The translations under genes and the position numbers were made by a program. The notes beneath the pieces are model-generated. The model did not search any database. It saw only the letters and a list, made by a program, of their open reading frames with translations, and was not told the DNA's origin. From the NCBI GenBank assembly GCA_001643675.2, contig LSRY02000002.1:1116001-1180000 (forward strand): a stretch of DNA of 64,000 nucleotides, read 5' to 3'. This DNA comes from Monocercomonoides exilis PA203. Its lineage: Eukaryota > Protista > Preaxostyla. How positions within the stretch are numbered: position 1 is the first letter of the stretch; the number at the start of each line of letters is the position of its first letter. Positions 24,842-38,946 of this stretch are shown here, one piece after another.

Positions 24842-25204
24842 CGTTAAAAAAATCAAATAATCTTTGAAAATAATATTGTTGATCAATTCCAAGGAACATT
24901 TACACGAAAGAATTGGATAAATAAAGATTTCAAAAGAAAGACTTTGAATAATTGCTTCCTTTACACATTTGTTGAAATTAAATGATTAATAGTTCATTTT
25001 AAGAATATTAATGATAATTATTTTCTTTTTCAAATTTTGAATGTTTTCTTCACTGAAAAAAAATAATAATTTGAAACTTGGAAATCGAAAAAAAGTTCGA
25101 ATGAATATTTTTATGTTATTCGTTTTGTTTATAAAGAGATAATCATTAAACAATATTTTTCATTTATTTAAATTTTTGCCATAATATCTTTTTATCAATT
25201 TGTA

Positions 25205-27387
25205 ATGAGTGGATATTGCTTATTTTTGAAAGACATACAAGGGATACTCGAACAGCAAGCAGTTGTTTGCATTCAATTTTAAAAATTTAGATTGACCATA
25301 TGAATTATTATGTAAATTTCGAAGAGGGAACAATTGGATACTGAGTATATATTTTACCGTTTTCATGCTTCTTTTTATGATGCACTCACCAAAAAGTGGC
25401 TTGGAGAAACCTACGAAGGTCCATTGCATATGCCTCAAGCTGAAGCAACTGACATTTATCAATGTTCAATGAATGACTTATTTTACTTTCTTATTGATCC
25501 AAATGATGAAATTTATCTTGTTCTTGAACTTGTTGCAATAAGTTTGTTTCATTTTTATTTTGAAATTATCAAATCAATCATTTGTTATAATCTCTATTTG
25601 AATGTTGAAAATGATGTTTTTCAATTGAAGTAACTGACAAGTACAATCGCATTCTTCGAGAGGTTGGACTTGGATGGACGACAGTTGCAATAAGCTCTGC
25701 TTCAGGAATAAAAGACATATCTGCTTGCTCTCAATTCTCTCTTTTGAAATATTACTTTACAAAGGAGGTTTCTCTTTCCTTATTAATTTTTTATTTTTTA
25801 TTGCTTTTTTTATTTCTAACTTTATCAAAGCTAAATTACGGTACACCGCGCGCAATAATGCTTTGTGGGGACTTTTCTGCAAACTGTTTGTATTTTGTAT
25901 AATGTGTTCGTATTTTTTTTTTTTTCAATTGGCCATTCTAGCTTTATTCCATTCAATTGATGGATCAATTGTAACAATGTGTTTGTGCACGCACTCAAAA
26001 CTATCGAGAGCAAGCAACATTTTACCAAATTACAAGATATTTGATGAACGTAATGGAAGTGAATCGCCGGTTGGACTTATTTCATCTCATGTCCAATTTA
26101 TGCTTCACGTTCTTTTCCAAGAAGAAATTGCAAAGAATCAACCACTTGTCGAGCAAAGCTTCATTGCTGCAGGAGGGGAACCTTCGAATGGGCTTGCTAC
26201 AGGAATTTCAATGCGCGAGACTGCTGCATCTTACAATTTCTCAGATTCTTCCATGACGATCAAAGGCAAAGATATTTCAATGTCAAGCGATAGGCGTGTG
26301 TCTGCCAGCCCTGGTTCATCAACAGTTATGATGACTCCGTATTCGCGTCCGTCAATGTCGCCAAAGCCACCGCTTCCAGCACGACCTTCTTCAGGAAGTA
26401 GAGCTCGCATGTCTTCATCACCTGGCTCTGCTGGTATGTCAGGGAAAATGTCAGCATCAGGGAAAACAATCAGACCCGCTTCAGCTGGGAGAGGGCAGAT
26501 GAAGGGTCAGTCCACAATAAAAGGAGGAAAGCAGGCACCCATTGCAAAAAAGAAGAAGATTGGAAGAGATGTTATTGATAGAAAACGCTTCTATGATACA
26601 ATTCTGAAAGAAGAAGGATTAAAAGAAGCAATCTACAAAAGGCAAGTGCTTATGGATTCTTTGACAAAAAGAAAATCAAAGAAGAAAGGAAAGAAGAAAG
26701 GAAAGAAAAAGACAGTTAAGCTTCAACAGCAGACAGAAGATGAGTTTGAGGAAGACGACGAAGATAACTCGCTCAATGACCCAGAGAATTATGGAGATAT
26801 TGTCGATGAATTCGGGTACGGAGGGAAGAAAAGAAAGGAATCTGGGATGAGCAACGACGGATACGATGATGAGGATGAAGAAGAAGGTGAGTCCGAGGAT
26901 GAGCTCGAGATCAATGATTTTGAAGGGAAACGCGTTCCTCCAATTGGATCTGAAAGCTGGGTGGATAAGTGCTTTTGGGATGAAGAAGCAGATTTCGATG
27001 GGAAAAAGCAGAAGTCGCGAACTGACAAGGGCATTGAAGAAAGAGGAAGAATAGTTTCATCCAATGCAAGAAGAAGGTTAGTGAAGGGATATTTAGCCAC
27101 ACGTGGATCTGTACTGCATCGTCCGTGGTTGTTTGGAGCGTCGCTTGTTGAGCCTCTGAAGCAGGAGACGATTTCTTTGCGTCTTGGAGACCTGAAATTT
27201 ATTGTCCCCACAGGTTATGATGACTTGCTAAAACTGTATATGAACCATACGAGACTTTGCGAGCAAGACTTGAAAAGAGGTCCGCGCTTATAATTAATTA
27301 GACTGAAATGGTTAATTAACTGTTTTCTTCCCATCTTTATGATCTGATCAATTTTAATCTAAATTGTTGATTGCTTTTCACATTCAT

Positions 27388-27429
<42 letters not shown>

Positions 27430-30400
27430 TTTTTTTTTTTTTCAGATGACTGCGGTGTCTCCATTCTCCAGAGAAAGCTGTATGTGATGCAACACAATGG
27501 CTCTCGCCCCGTTGGAGAAGTGATTGAGCGCGATCTTGTTCAAGGGCCAACTGCTCAGAGCCCATCAGGAAATAGGCGTTACTCACTTTCTGTTCTACAG
27601 ATGAACAAATCTCAGAAGCCAATCATCATCCAAGCTGTATATCCGCATCCAAAAACAGTGCTGTTGTTCTTCATTGTTTATGAGCTTGAGATGCCACTCA
27701 CAACTGAATTGGACGAGAAAGAGCTTGCCGAGAAACAGAAGGAAAGAGGGCACGGTCCATTGGCAAAGTCCAAATTCCCCATGCCAGCAAAAGTTAATCC
27801 CATGCTTTGGGTTGGATGGTCTGAATTCCGTCCGTTCTCGTTTGTGCATGCCAGAAGAGAGGAAGACGATCAGTTGGAGAACGAAGAGGAAGATGAAGAG
27901 GTGGAAGAGTTTGAAAATGATGGAAGTCAGGATGAAGATTATGGATTTGATGACTTCTTGACAGAAGAGATGTTTATGTCTGGCAGCATAGATGGAGAAG
28001 AAGGGTCAGGAATGTTTGGATCTCCAGGGCAGACAATTGGAGAAGGCGCAACGCTCTCTTCAATGAGCGGTATGTCACCTCTTGCCGATCCGGCTGTTGT
28101 TGCTGAAAGAAGACGACAAATATTGGAAAGAAGAATGCGCGAAATGAAAAAGCGGATGCTTATGCGTTGTCAGCATCTTCTTGTTCCTCCAAAAATTGCG
28201 AAAGAAAAGAAGTTTCGGATTCCCGCTCCACACGATGTGAAATGCAGGATTAGAAACACGCCTGCCATCAACATCTTCTTCCCTGATTCTGGAGGCAGAT
28301 GGATATTTGATCCGACAAGGGGCTTTTCTGCTCAGCCAATGAGTGGAATTGGTGCTCAAGGTTTGGCTGTAAAGCGAATAACGGATGGCTCAGGCAGCAG
28401 TTCTTCTGGAAGTGGAGGAGGAGCTGGATCTGGCAGCGGAGCAGGTGGTGGATCATCAAATGTAGCCGGCGGAGGGATGGGTGATGGAATGTCGTCTGCT
28501 CTCCCATGCCCAACAGAAACAGAACTTGCCGATTCAATTGCAATGCCTCCGTTGCCTCCAAACAGACAGCTCACTGCCGTCAAGAGACCAGGCGCTGCCT
28601 CAAATGCAAGTGGTGGTGGAAGAGGCGGATTGGGCGGAAGGTCTGTGACCATCGAGCATGAAATCGTTTTTCCTTTCAATGTTCTTCATCCATCCTCTGA
28701 TCCAACGTATCTTTCTGGCCCTCTGGACGCACCAACAGCTCAAACAGCAGATGATGTTCAGCCGCTGATTCAGTTCAAATTATATCTTGTTGACGAGTAT
28801 TACGATCGATTCCCAGCTTATGTCCTTCCGACATGGACAGTTCGCAAGCAAAAGTCAAAGAAAGAGCCTGAACCTGTGAAAGCAGAGACGCCTTTACCAG
28901 AGACAGTTACGCTTGGAGAGCAACGCTCAGCATCAATAGTTGCCCAGCCTCCATCTCCCCAGCCAACTGCTGGACTTTCAATTACTGCATGGAAAAGGAG
29001 GAGATTGAACGAGATTAATGATGATGGGCTGTGCTCAATGCTGAAACTGAGATTTGAAGGGTTCATTCGAGATGGAATCATGCAAATGCGACAGGGCGGT
29101 GTAAAGGGATCTATTCCATTTCCTGATAGGGTTTCTTTCAGCTTCAAGTTCTTTTCCCTTCCAAGAATATGGTCTGAGAAAGGTGTTGCTCAAACAAGAC
29201 TGATGGATGACAGGAGAAGAGGAAGCATTGGAGTTGGTAGGATGGATTCTGACTTCGAATCGGGAAATAGCATTCGAATCACAAATGATACAGGGTATGT
29301 GAATTATTTTATTATATTTTACTTCAGCATCAACTTTTTCAATTTATTCTTTGACATGCATAATAAATGATAAATGTATTTGTTTCATATTTTAGTAAAC
29401 CTTTGGAGTGCTCTGTTGTGGTTGATCCTCACATCATGTACAATTTGCCAATCATTCGGACAAGCTCTGCTTCTTCGAACCTTGGACTAACTGAAACTAG
29501 CACAGCAGGCTGGAAAACTTCAGCAGGAACGCTTCGTCAGCCTAATGCACCAATTGGAGCGCATCATGCTTATTCACCATCAACTGCTTCTTCCTCTGCA
29601 TCCTCTTCCTCTTCGTCAATTTCTGCATCGTCAACCGCTCTTATGTCATCGTTGCTTCCATATCGTCTCGAAGGTGATGTACTACCAACAACTCGCAATA
29701 CATCCATTACTCTTCCTGATTATTTGGACTCGCGCTCGATTCAGATAGAAGTCTTTGACACAAGAAAAAAGATGCTTTTTGCTGTGGCTTATCTATCGCT
29801 CAGAGAATTGGCATCTCTTATGGCAATGGAAATTGGAAAGAAAGGTTTGGAAAAATGATTAAAGCACATTTTTTTATTGAATAATCTCTCTAATCTTTAA
29901 ATGATTTTTTATTTATTTTATTTATTTGCAACTGCACAATTTCAGATCAAACAGAAGGATGCCTCACGAAAACAATTGATTTGTGGGCTCCTTCGTTATC
30001 TCTGTTCTCGCATCCTTCTCTCTCTTACACGATGGACATGGCTTCTTCAATGTTTCCTCAAACCTCAACTGCAACTGCACAACCAAACAGTGATAGCATT
30101 CCGAATGTGTCATTTGCTGTTGGCTCGGCAACTCCTTCACCTGCAGCGTTTTCGAATGCATCACAACAATTTGCGAAAAGCAGTGGAGATTATTTGACTC
30201 AGCCAATGGTGCATCCTCCTCCGATGGAAAAGCACCTCGGAAAGCTTGTCGTAACAGCATCCCACTCGCGTGTACAGCACCGATTCGACAGAGGCAAGCT
30301 AATGGAATGGTTGAGACATCAAAAAATTGAAAGAGAGAAAGAAGCTTTAGCCGGGGCTGGATCAAAAGAGAAGAAAGCGATGGTTGTGGGAGGAGGGAAA

Positions 30401-33335
30401 TTAAAGAGATACGAGGAGTTTTGGGTTGGAGATCGTCCAAAGCCTTTGAAAGAAGAAGAAGGAAAAGATCCTTCTGTTTCTGACGAATACATGAGAAAGA
30501 GTTATGCCGCCATGTGCGAAGCAGAAAGAATCAGAGAGCAAGTTTGATTTTGTCCTAACCTAAACAATTTCATCATACTTTTCATATTCTTTCTCCATTT
30601 TTTTCTTTTCTGAACTGGATAATTTTTTCAATTTAAATTCAATTTTTCAGCATAAGCAACGTGATCTCAATGCACTATTTATGCACAATTCATCAACTAC
30701 ACGGGTAATTTATCCTTCATTTGCAGCTCCAGTGTTCTTTGAAATTCCTCTTACGAATCCGCAATCCGAGCAGATTGATGTTGAAGTTCACATTCAGCGT
30801 ATGCCCTTGAAACGTGCAGTGGAAGAAGCACTAATGCGAACACGCACTTCAGCCGCAGCAATTTCACTTGTTCAAACTGCAGCTGCAAAAGGACAGCTTG
30901 GATTTGGCGATGATGCTTTCCGTTCAGGAGAAGATGGACGCCGATATGATGGCAAAGGAACTGAAGAAGATGAGTTGTTCGTATTGAATGAAGAAGAGAC
31001 ATTTGCATACCGCAAAATGTTTGATCTCGGAGCGTCGAATGAAAAAGAATCACAAATCAAAGACTCCAACAGTGCTTCTAATATTTATGGGATTCAATAC
31101 CAAAAAGAACCGTTGTTAAGCAGAGAGACAGAAATGGCAATGCATGGTTCAATTGGAAGAGGCAACATTACTTCGCGAACGACTCTTGCGTCTGGAGGAC
31201 TCAGCGAGCTTAATGGGCGTTCTGATTTTAGGGACAGAGGACGAAATAGGAGACAGAGCGAAATATTCTCTGTTGAAGCTAACCAAACAAAGCAACTTGG
31301 CTTTGTATTTCAGTCAATGTGCTGTGGTGATTGTGGAGTTGCAATGGGAATGTGGCAAGATGGGATAGTAGAGGATGATGGTAAAGGAAAAGGAAAAGGA
31401 TTGAAGAAAAAAGGGAAGGGAATGTCTCTATCAGATGTTGTTCAAAATGCACAACAAACTTATCTTGGACTCTCAGAGCCAAAGATACAAATGTCATTGA
31501 ATCGGAAAGGAAAGAAAAACGGAGAATGGGACGAAAATAATGAAGACGACGATTCAAATAGCGATAATGAAGATAGCGACACCGATGACAATCAAAGCGA
31601 TGACGATTTCGATGAAAGAAATGTTGAAGATATCGCAAAGCAGCCGTTTGTGACTCTTGGAACAACTCAAGATCCATTTGGAGAGCCAATTTGTGTCTCT
31701 CCTCGTATTCGACCACGTATTATTGAAATTACAGTTACTGAACAAAAAACAAGGCACACTATCACAAAGTGTCATGTACTTGTACTGCCTTCAGGTCACG
31801 CAGTTGATAAGACAGTTAGAGTTTATGCACAAGAAGGAAAATCTGCCGATGTGCGAATCATTTTGCCACCTCCTTTCACATCTTCTGGCTCTTTCTCTTC
31901 TCAGGCAAGTTCACCAATGACTTCCGTTCCTTCTTACAAGACCGATGTTGATATGAACAGAGGTGACAGAGGAGTAGTCTCATTTTCGACAGCAGGAAAT
32001 GCTGGCCGGAGCACTCGAACAGTTCAATTCAGTCAAAGACCTCCTCAATTCAAAAAAGCAGTTTTGTGCAAGATTCCTGATCACTTTGGAACATCAATTG
32101 AGATTAGAGGACAGAGTGATGTTATTTCCCAGAGTTCATTCATGAGCACAGCTGGAAGTGGGCTTGAACGAGATGCTGTAACTATGGCAATGGCAAGTTC
32201 CGGATCAAGCCGCACTGCTTCAGGCATTCAGTCAACATCAAGCGCAACTCAGCTGCTTGCACGACAAATTCTTCTTTTGAATTGTCCTTCTCCATCTTTC
32301 TTCTCGTTCTGCTCGGTGAAAAAGAATCAGCAAAAACAAAGTGGAGCTGAACGGGAGGATCTATCGGCTCAACAACAACATATGCCATCATCGTTCCGTC
32401 CGTATCGATTTGAACTTGCTGTATTTGATGATGATTTGTGCGGGTCATTGTTCGAAGTTTGGGAAATAATTGTGTATTCCGTGCCATCAATTTCTGTTGA
32501 AGTGGAAATGGGAGAATTTACTGATATTCTCGGAAAGATGGGACTTGAAGCAATGCTGATCAAAGAAGAGAGAGAAAGGCAACGAAGGAGGGAAAGAGAT
32601 TTGATGCTTGAGGATGGAGGTGCTGGCAAGCATCGACGATCTCGCATCGATAATACAGGTAGTGATTTCGATTCAAAAGCAGCTGTTTGCGAATTGATTA
32701 AGGAGGTGATGATGACAGAGCACATTACATCACCCTCAAATTACGCTGCTGTGATCCAAGAATTGTCTCCACCTCCTTCCCCAATTGATACATCTCTTGA
32801 TAATAGCACTGCTCTATCACCAAGCGATTACTCCTCTTTTCATCCACGTGTACAAGTGCAGCCGATGTATGGGATTATGACATATCTTCCAGGGAAGCGA
32901 ACAAGCTTAGCGAATCTTATTGACACTCAAAGTGGAATTGTTCGAAGATCATATCTGATCCATACTTCAACAAATGTTGAAAGCAGAAAAGATAAACTTC
33001 GAAGATTCAGTACAAGTATTGAAATAATGCACCAAGAGTGGATTCGCATGGAATTTCAGAACCCATATTCAATTACTAAGGAATTCCGAATTACCACTGA
33101 TTCTACTGGTTTGTTCATTCTTCCTGCAATGAGCATTCGGCTGGAGGGGAAACAGGCAATTGTGCTTACATTACAAATTGTTACTCATTTTGAAGAAGGA
33201 GCTGAAGAAGGTTCTGTGTTTATTTGCGGAAGTGATGGGTCTGATGATGACGGCTTAGAGGCATGGTGGAAGATTCGAGTAAAATTTGTTGCAGAGAGAA
33301 GCGAAAAATGTGGAGTTTTGATTGAAGAGAATTAA
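25205..33335 (+). CDS. NPHP4: Nephrocystin-4-like ciliary transition-zone protein, multi-exon
   Basis: Colinear NPHP4-like motifs across the ORF pieces: YRFHASFYD..WLGETY, LVLELV, ILQRKLYVMQHNG, FSFKFF, YLDSRSIQIEVFD, IYPSFAAPVFFEIPLTNP, VDKTVRVY, EVWEIIVYS, FQNPYSITKEFRITTD. T-rich GT-AG introns separate the pieces. Exact 5' exon boundaries are uncertain. Confidence 0.8.
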
Positions 33336-33827
33336 AACGAGCCTGATTACGAATATTTTGCAACGAAAAGCTTTTCGTACACTTTCACGTCAAATATTTT
33401 CATTTCTTTTAAATTTTCATTTCACTTTCTTAACTTTCATATCGCTATCAAGCAACTCAGATTTCTTTTTCTTGAAATATTTGGTTAATTATGTTGAATT
33501 CTTCTATTATTCTTTGATTTCATTCTTGTATTATCTTTTCAAGTTAACAGTCACTTTGGAATTATCGTAAATGAAACATGGATTTCACTGAAAAATAGCC
33601 GATTTTTCTTAAAGCAACTCTATTTTAAACTGACTTTCTCCAATCAAGAACGATTCAAGACGCTAACTTTCCAACGTTTCATAAAAGGATGATGTACCAA
33701 TTATATTACTTCAAAAATTTTTTTGCATTATTTTCCTAATTTGCATTCCACAATTTGTTTTTAACAAAAAAAAATGTAGTTTATTATTTTTTGAATAAAC
33801 AATTGACTGAAGTGAACAGGGAAGTGT

Positions 33828-34373
33828 TTAATGAGCCTCTTGTTTACGAAGGCGTGCGGTTCCATTGGTAAGATGAATTCCTAACTCTGCTGCACGTTGA
33901 CGAATGAGTTTGCGCGTACGAACAGAGCATCCATGAGCAATTTCAGCTGCATATTTCTTTGAGTGCATCATGATCATCTCGAGTTCGTGTGCATTGTTAA
34001 CAACAAACTTGTAATGTCCATCTGGAAGTCTATATCTTGTCTTTCTGGCACTTCCATAGCCAATCTTTGGCATGAGAAGTGAGCCACGATACTTTCTTCG
34101 GCAAGAGTTATCGATACCACGTGGTTTTCTCCAACTTGGCTAAAAATTTAATCAATATATTCGTTAAAGAATAAAAAATATCAAATTGCAATTTCGCTGA
34201 ATGTTGATGAAATAATATTTCAACAAAATACCTTCACTGTTTTCAGCTTATCAGACTCAAAGCGGGGGAAGTGGTTTCTCTTTTTTTTTACAATTTTGAG
34301 CTAAAAAAAGGCAATTAAAAAAGAATTAATCTTTTGATTTTATTTATTGAGAAATTCGAACTTTTCTTGCCAT
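33828..34373 (-). CDS. RPL32: 60S ribosomal protein L32 (eL32), 3 exons
   Basis: Exons 34373-34362, 34300-34232 and 34139-33828 give MARK|LKIVKKKRNHFPRFESD..|PSWRKPRGIDNSCRRKYRG..MPKIGYGS..YAAEIAH (130 aa). Confidence 0.97.
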
Positions 34374-34537
34374 ATTTGATCAAATAAAAATAATAGGGGA
34401 TTTCGAAATAAATAATGTGATGGGATTGATCATAATATGTTAAATTTTTCGAAAAACAAACAAAACTAAAAATAGAAAGATATATCTCTTTAATTTTTCA
34501 TATATGTAAAGTGATTTGATTGTGGTGATGTGTTGTT

Positions 34538-36885
34538 TCATGAGCTTTGTTGCTGGGCAGCTGATATAGGATGTTGTAATGATTGTTGATACTGAACTGG
34601 AGATTGATAAGAAGAAGCATCGTATGTTTGAGCTGACGAGGCAGGTTGATTATTTGTCGAACTAGTCTGTTGCTGGTCTGTAAAAGATTGTGTCGTAGAA
34701 GGCATCTGCTTTGCCGGCTGTGCGTTCTGACTGGCTTGTTGCTGATTCTGCATCTGGTAGTGTGGCTGCTTCCACGAGGCAGCAAGAGCAGTATGGCCAG
34801 GCGGGTGGCGAAACGTGCATTTCGGATTTGTGCAGTTGATGCCATAATAACACAGAGGCCTCTCCTCCATCGTCGCGTAGTGCGAAAACAGGCAGAACGG
34901 CACAGTGCAGGAGGCGCCGAGGCGGCAGGGCGGGTTGTGGTTGAAAGAGCAGTTGGGGTTGGTGCACATGTCCTGATAGCGACAGGGAGGAATTGGATGG
35001 ACCATTGGACAGCCAGGCACACGACACGAGGCTCCCCGGGGGCAGTATGAAGAGGCTGATGAGAGGGGGGGGGGGGGGAGGGGAAGTGGAGAGAGGGAAG
35101 GGAAAAAAGGGAGGAGGAGGGGGAGGGATTTATTTTATTGAAAGAATATATATTGATGTGAAGGAAATAAAATAGTGTATTGATATTGAAGATGAGCATA
35201 AATTGAATAGAACATGGAAAAAAAATTGATTGAGAGAAAAAAGCATAATGAATAAAAAAAAATAAAAAAATAAAAAAAAACAAGAAATTTCACAAACATT
35301 TCTGAACAGGCTGATACTGCTGATGAGCCGGCGCCGTTTGTTGATATGTTTGAAGAGGCTGTTTTTGCGCTGAATTTATCAGCGGCTGCTGTTGATACGT
35401 GGCCTGATGCTGTTGAGTGTGCTGCATCTGGGGACTTGCCTGTGATGCAGCAGCTTGAGCAGTCTGAGCAGTTTGAGTAGGCAGCGCAGGCAGAGCACCA
35501 GCTGTTGTCTGTGCAGCAGCAGTCGAAGGAGCAGCTGGCTGTGGATGAAAAGCAGAGTTTGTGCTTGTGCGCATCTGGGTGTTCTGTGGCAGCTGCATCG
35601 AAGTTGTTCCTTTGCGCGGGACTTGTGTTGGGAAGTGGTCCTGGAACAGAGGCTGGCTCTGCCGATACGGAGGCAGAGAAATCGTCTGCGGTGGATGTGA
35701 CGCAGGCTGCTGCGGTGGCGGTGAGGAGTAAGGGTACTGCGAACGCAACGGCTGGTGTTGGTATTGCGTGGCTTGGCCGGCCTGCCCTGGCTGTGCAGAC
35801 GTCATGTTAGCAGGAGGCGATGGCAACTGCTTCAGCAGCATACCTTCTTGCCTTATCCTTTTCTGAGGCATGTATTGGGAATTGCTTGAAGCATTGTCTG
35901 CTTCTCCATCCTGCTCTTCTTCGCCTTCTCCTTCTCTTTTTTGATGTGCTGAATTTAACCCAAGAAGCCTTTTTTTAGGCATGTTCAGCAAAGCTCCTTG
36001 ATTGGAGTTTGTCATTGGTGCATCAGAAGTTGAACTCTTTGTTTCGATGTTAAATCTTCTTTTTCTCTTTTCAATTTCGCTTTCTGGCGAAGAAACTTGT
36101 GTGAGCTGAAGTGTGCGTGAAGGAGTTTTTGCGATACTCTCTGTTGTTTCAGTTAAAGATATTGATTCTTTCAGTGGAGGAGGTGTGGTTGGCGCCTTGG
36201 TTTCTTTCGAATAAAGACTGGATTCTTTTGGTAATTCGCTGGTGATTTGTGAAGTGGTTTTTGTGTATGAATGTGTGACTTGCTCAGATTCTTTTGGTGA
36301 AGTGTTCGAAGAAGAAGAAAGGGTTATAGATTGAGAATTTTTATCGGTAATGGCCTCATCACGCGAAGCATCTGCGTGCTCACAGCATTTTGCACTTTCA
36401 TCAATTTTTGATGCGCATTCTTGAGGTTGTGAAGTTTTTTGTTTTGAATTTTGAGGTTGCTCAGAAGAAATGATATCGATTATTGTGCTCTAATTTTAAA
36501 AAAGTTAAATAATAAATTTGTTTTTGTTGAAAAAACGATAATGTGTAGGCAGTTGTCAGGCTCTGTGCATTATAATTAAAGTGTCAACAACCTGCAGCCA
36601 TGCAGCAAACTGAAGATGATCTCCTTCCATTGCACTTTCCAAGCTTTCGTGGAGGCTTTCAATGGTTTTATTTAATTGTACCATAGTTATAACGTAGTCC
36701 TTTCATAAAAATATGAGCAATCACAAAAGAATTGGCAAAGTAACAAGAAAAAAACACTGACGCCAAACTAAAAAATCAGTATCCCCATCCATATAATAAT
36801 CTTTCTGAACTGCTTTGACTCGCTCCGTTAGCTCCAAAATCTCAGCGTCCGTAAGCGGACGAGGTGTGATTGTCTCTGAGGACAT
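34538..36885 (-). CDS. Nab2/ZC3H14-like poly(A)-binding CCCH zinc-finger protein, multi-exon
   Basis: N-terminal PWI-like helical region (DTDFL..DYVITMV..FAAWLQ), a Q/P-rich middle, and four C-x5-C-x4-C-x3-H fingers (CPRGASCRVPGCPMVH, CRYQDMCTNPNCSFNH, CRLGASCTVPFCLFSH, CYYGINCTNPKCTFRH). Confidence 0.75.
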
Positions 36886-37165
36886 AATGATCGTCAACAC
36901 CACAATTGAAATATAATATATGGGCAGTAATTTTTTTTCGAAAGAATAGTGTAATTGAACATAAATTCTTTTTGTTTTATTTTTAAATGGAAAGATTTTC
37001 ACCTACGTTGAAGAATCGATTCCAGTTCAAGTTTATTTATTCATTTGTTCATTTATTTCAACAATATAAACTTTGTTAAACAACATTTTTTTTTTGACTC
37101 ATAATGCTATATCCATAACACTTTATGAAATGATTAATTAGGAACTTAAGAAAATATTCAAGATG

Positions 37166-38719
37166 TTACGGAATAGTTTTTTGAGCCTTATCATTAAAAA
37201 CAGATCTAACAGCTCCCAATGCCACTGCAACAGCTTCTTGGGAACGAAGAATTGTTGGAGTCAGAGCAACCCTAACCCAACCGCGTGCCATCAATGCATT
37301 TTGCTCTTCATCAACAAGTCCTCCTTCAGGACCAAATAGGAGTGAGATATGCTTTGGCTTACGCCGATGAAGAGCAATAAGAGCTTCCAATAGAGGGCAA
37401 CCTTCCGGCTCAAAAAACAGACACACAGAATCAGGAGGAACCAAAGAAGGAGGAGGCATTGCAGGCTGATGTGTAGAAGAACTTGGCTTGGTAGAAGAGG
37501 ACTGCTTCGCAGAATTATCGCGTGCACCTTCGGCTTTTGGTGATTGGTCAGCACAATCCCCTTTTGGATGAGCAGCAAAGTCGATTGAAGCAAGCAGTTG
37601 ATGGAAATGGATGGGTTGTTTAATCGAAGGAGGATAAAAGCTTTTACTCTGTTCGCACGCAGACACACCCAGAAGTTCAAGTCTTCGCTTTTCCTTCGTG
37701 CCTCCCCAGGAACGATGTGTTTTCAGAGAAATAATTGGTTGCACAGTGCGGCATCCCATCTGAGCACAATAGTACGCAATCGTTTCCTTTTTAAAAGCGT
37801 GTGCGTATTTACGGACACAACAATAATGCAAAAATATATATATAATTATTACATTTTCAAAAACAAGAAAAAATATGATTAGTCACACCATTGTCTCTCT
37901 CTTAACGAGTGCAGGGAATAGTGTTATCTTTGGTGAAATGGGTTTTGTAACTTCCACTTGTTGAACGAGAACAGCCACAGTATTTTTGCTTTGAAACGTT
38001 TTATCATGCAATAAACATGTGACTGTTACATGTTTATTGAATAATATCAAAGGTGTACCAACAGTGAATCGAAGAACATTAACCGCTCGATGCCACAAAA
38101 TTGCATCAGGAAATGAAATGACAAATTGAGTTTCAGACGTTGTGGAATTTAATTCAGAAGATTGTGAAGTTTTACTTGTTAACTCTTTCTGTTCATCACC
38201 TTTTTCAAGCAAAGACGAAGATTGGGCTTGAGGAATTTCAGTAAATTGGATGCACTTTTCACTTTTTTCCTTTAGTGTTTCTTCATTATCCGTTTCAAGT
38301 GAGCTATCGTCGAGACTGGAAGAAACAGAATCGTTTTCAGAACATTCTTCATCTTTATCGTCACATACATCCTTTTTTTGGAGCGAAGTATCAGCATCAA
38401 TAGTGGAAGAAACCTTTCCATGTTTTCCTTTGGCTCTATGCAAACGTTTTTGCTCTGCAGCAAATTGTCGTCTTGCTTTTTTCAATTCTGCCTTTTTCTT
38501 TTTCTTTTCCTCTTCTTCTTTTTTTAATTCTTTATTCATTTCTTTTTTTAATTCCGATCTATTAAGAGATTTCAAAGAATCTTTTGTTGTTGGAAATAAT
38601 CTTTTCAAAATTTCTGCAGGAAGAGCTGAAGTTAATTGTGGATAATAAATTGAAAATGTATGCTTTTCGGTTTCTTCATGTTTATGAACCGAAGGAACAA
38701 GTGAAATACTTTCTGACAT
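37166..38719 (-). CDS. rsmE: RsmE-like SPOUT rRNA (m3U1498-type) methyltransferase, one intron 37787-37888
   Basis: HRAVNVLR..LILFN; ITLFPALVKRETM|ETIAYYCAQMG..VQPI; ACEQS; LLFGPEGG; LTPTILRSQEA. Confidence 0.88.
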
Positions 38720-38946
38720 TTATTAAGTCAGAATATAACTTTCTTTAAGAATGAAGAAAAACGGACAGAAAATTTTGATCTTTCCGTTATTGATTTATTT
38801 TTGATCAATAATTTTTGGAACTGAAACGTTTAACAAAACGTCAATAATAAACGAAACGAAAATATTTCAAAAGATGGAATAAGTAATAGAAGCAACGAAG
38901 TGAATTTGAAAAGGAAAAATTTTTAATGTGCTTGAATCTTCAAATA

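Noticed and set aside
27389-27442. Poly-Phe N-terminus of ORF 27364-29370
   Set aside because: Intronic poly-T tract ending in TTCAG; the exon starts at about 27446.
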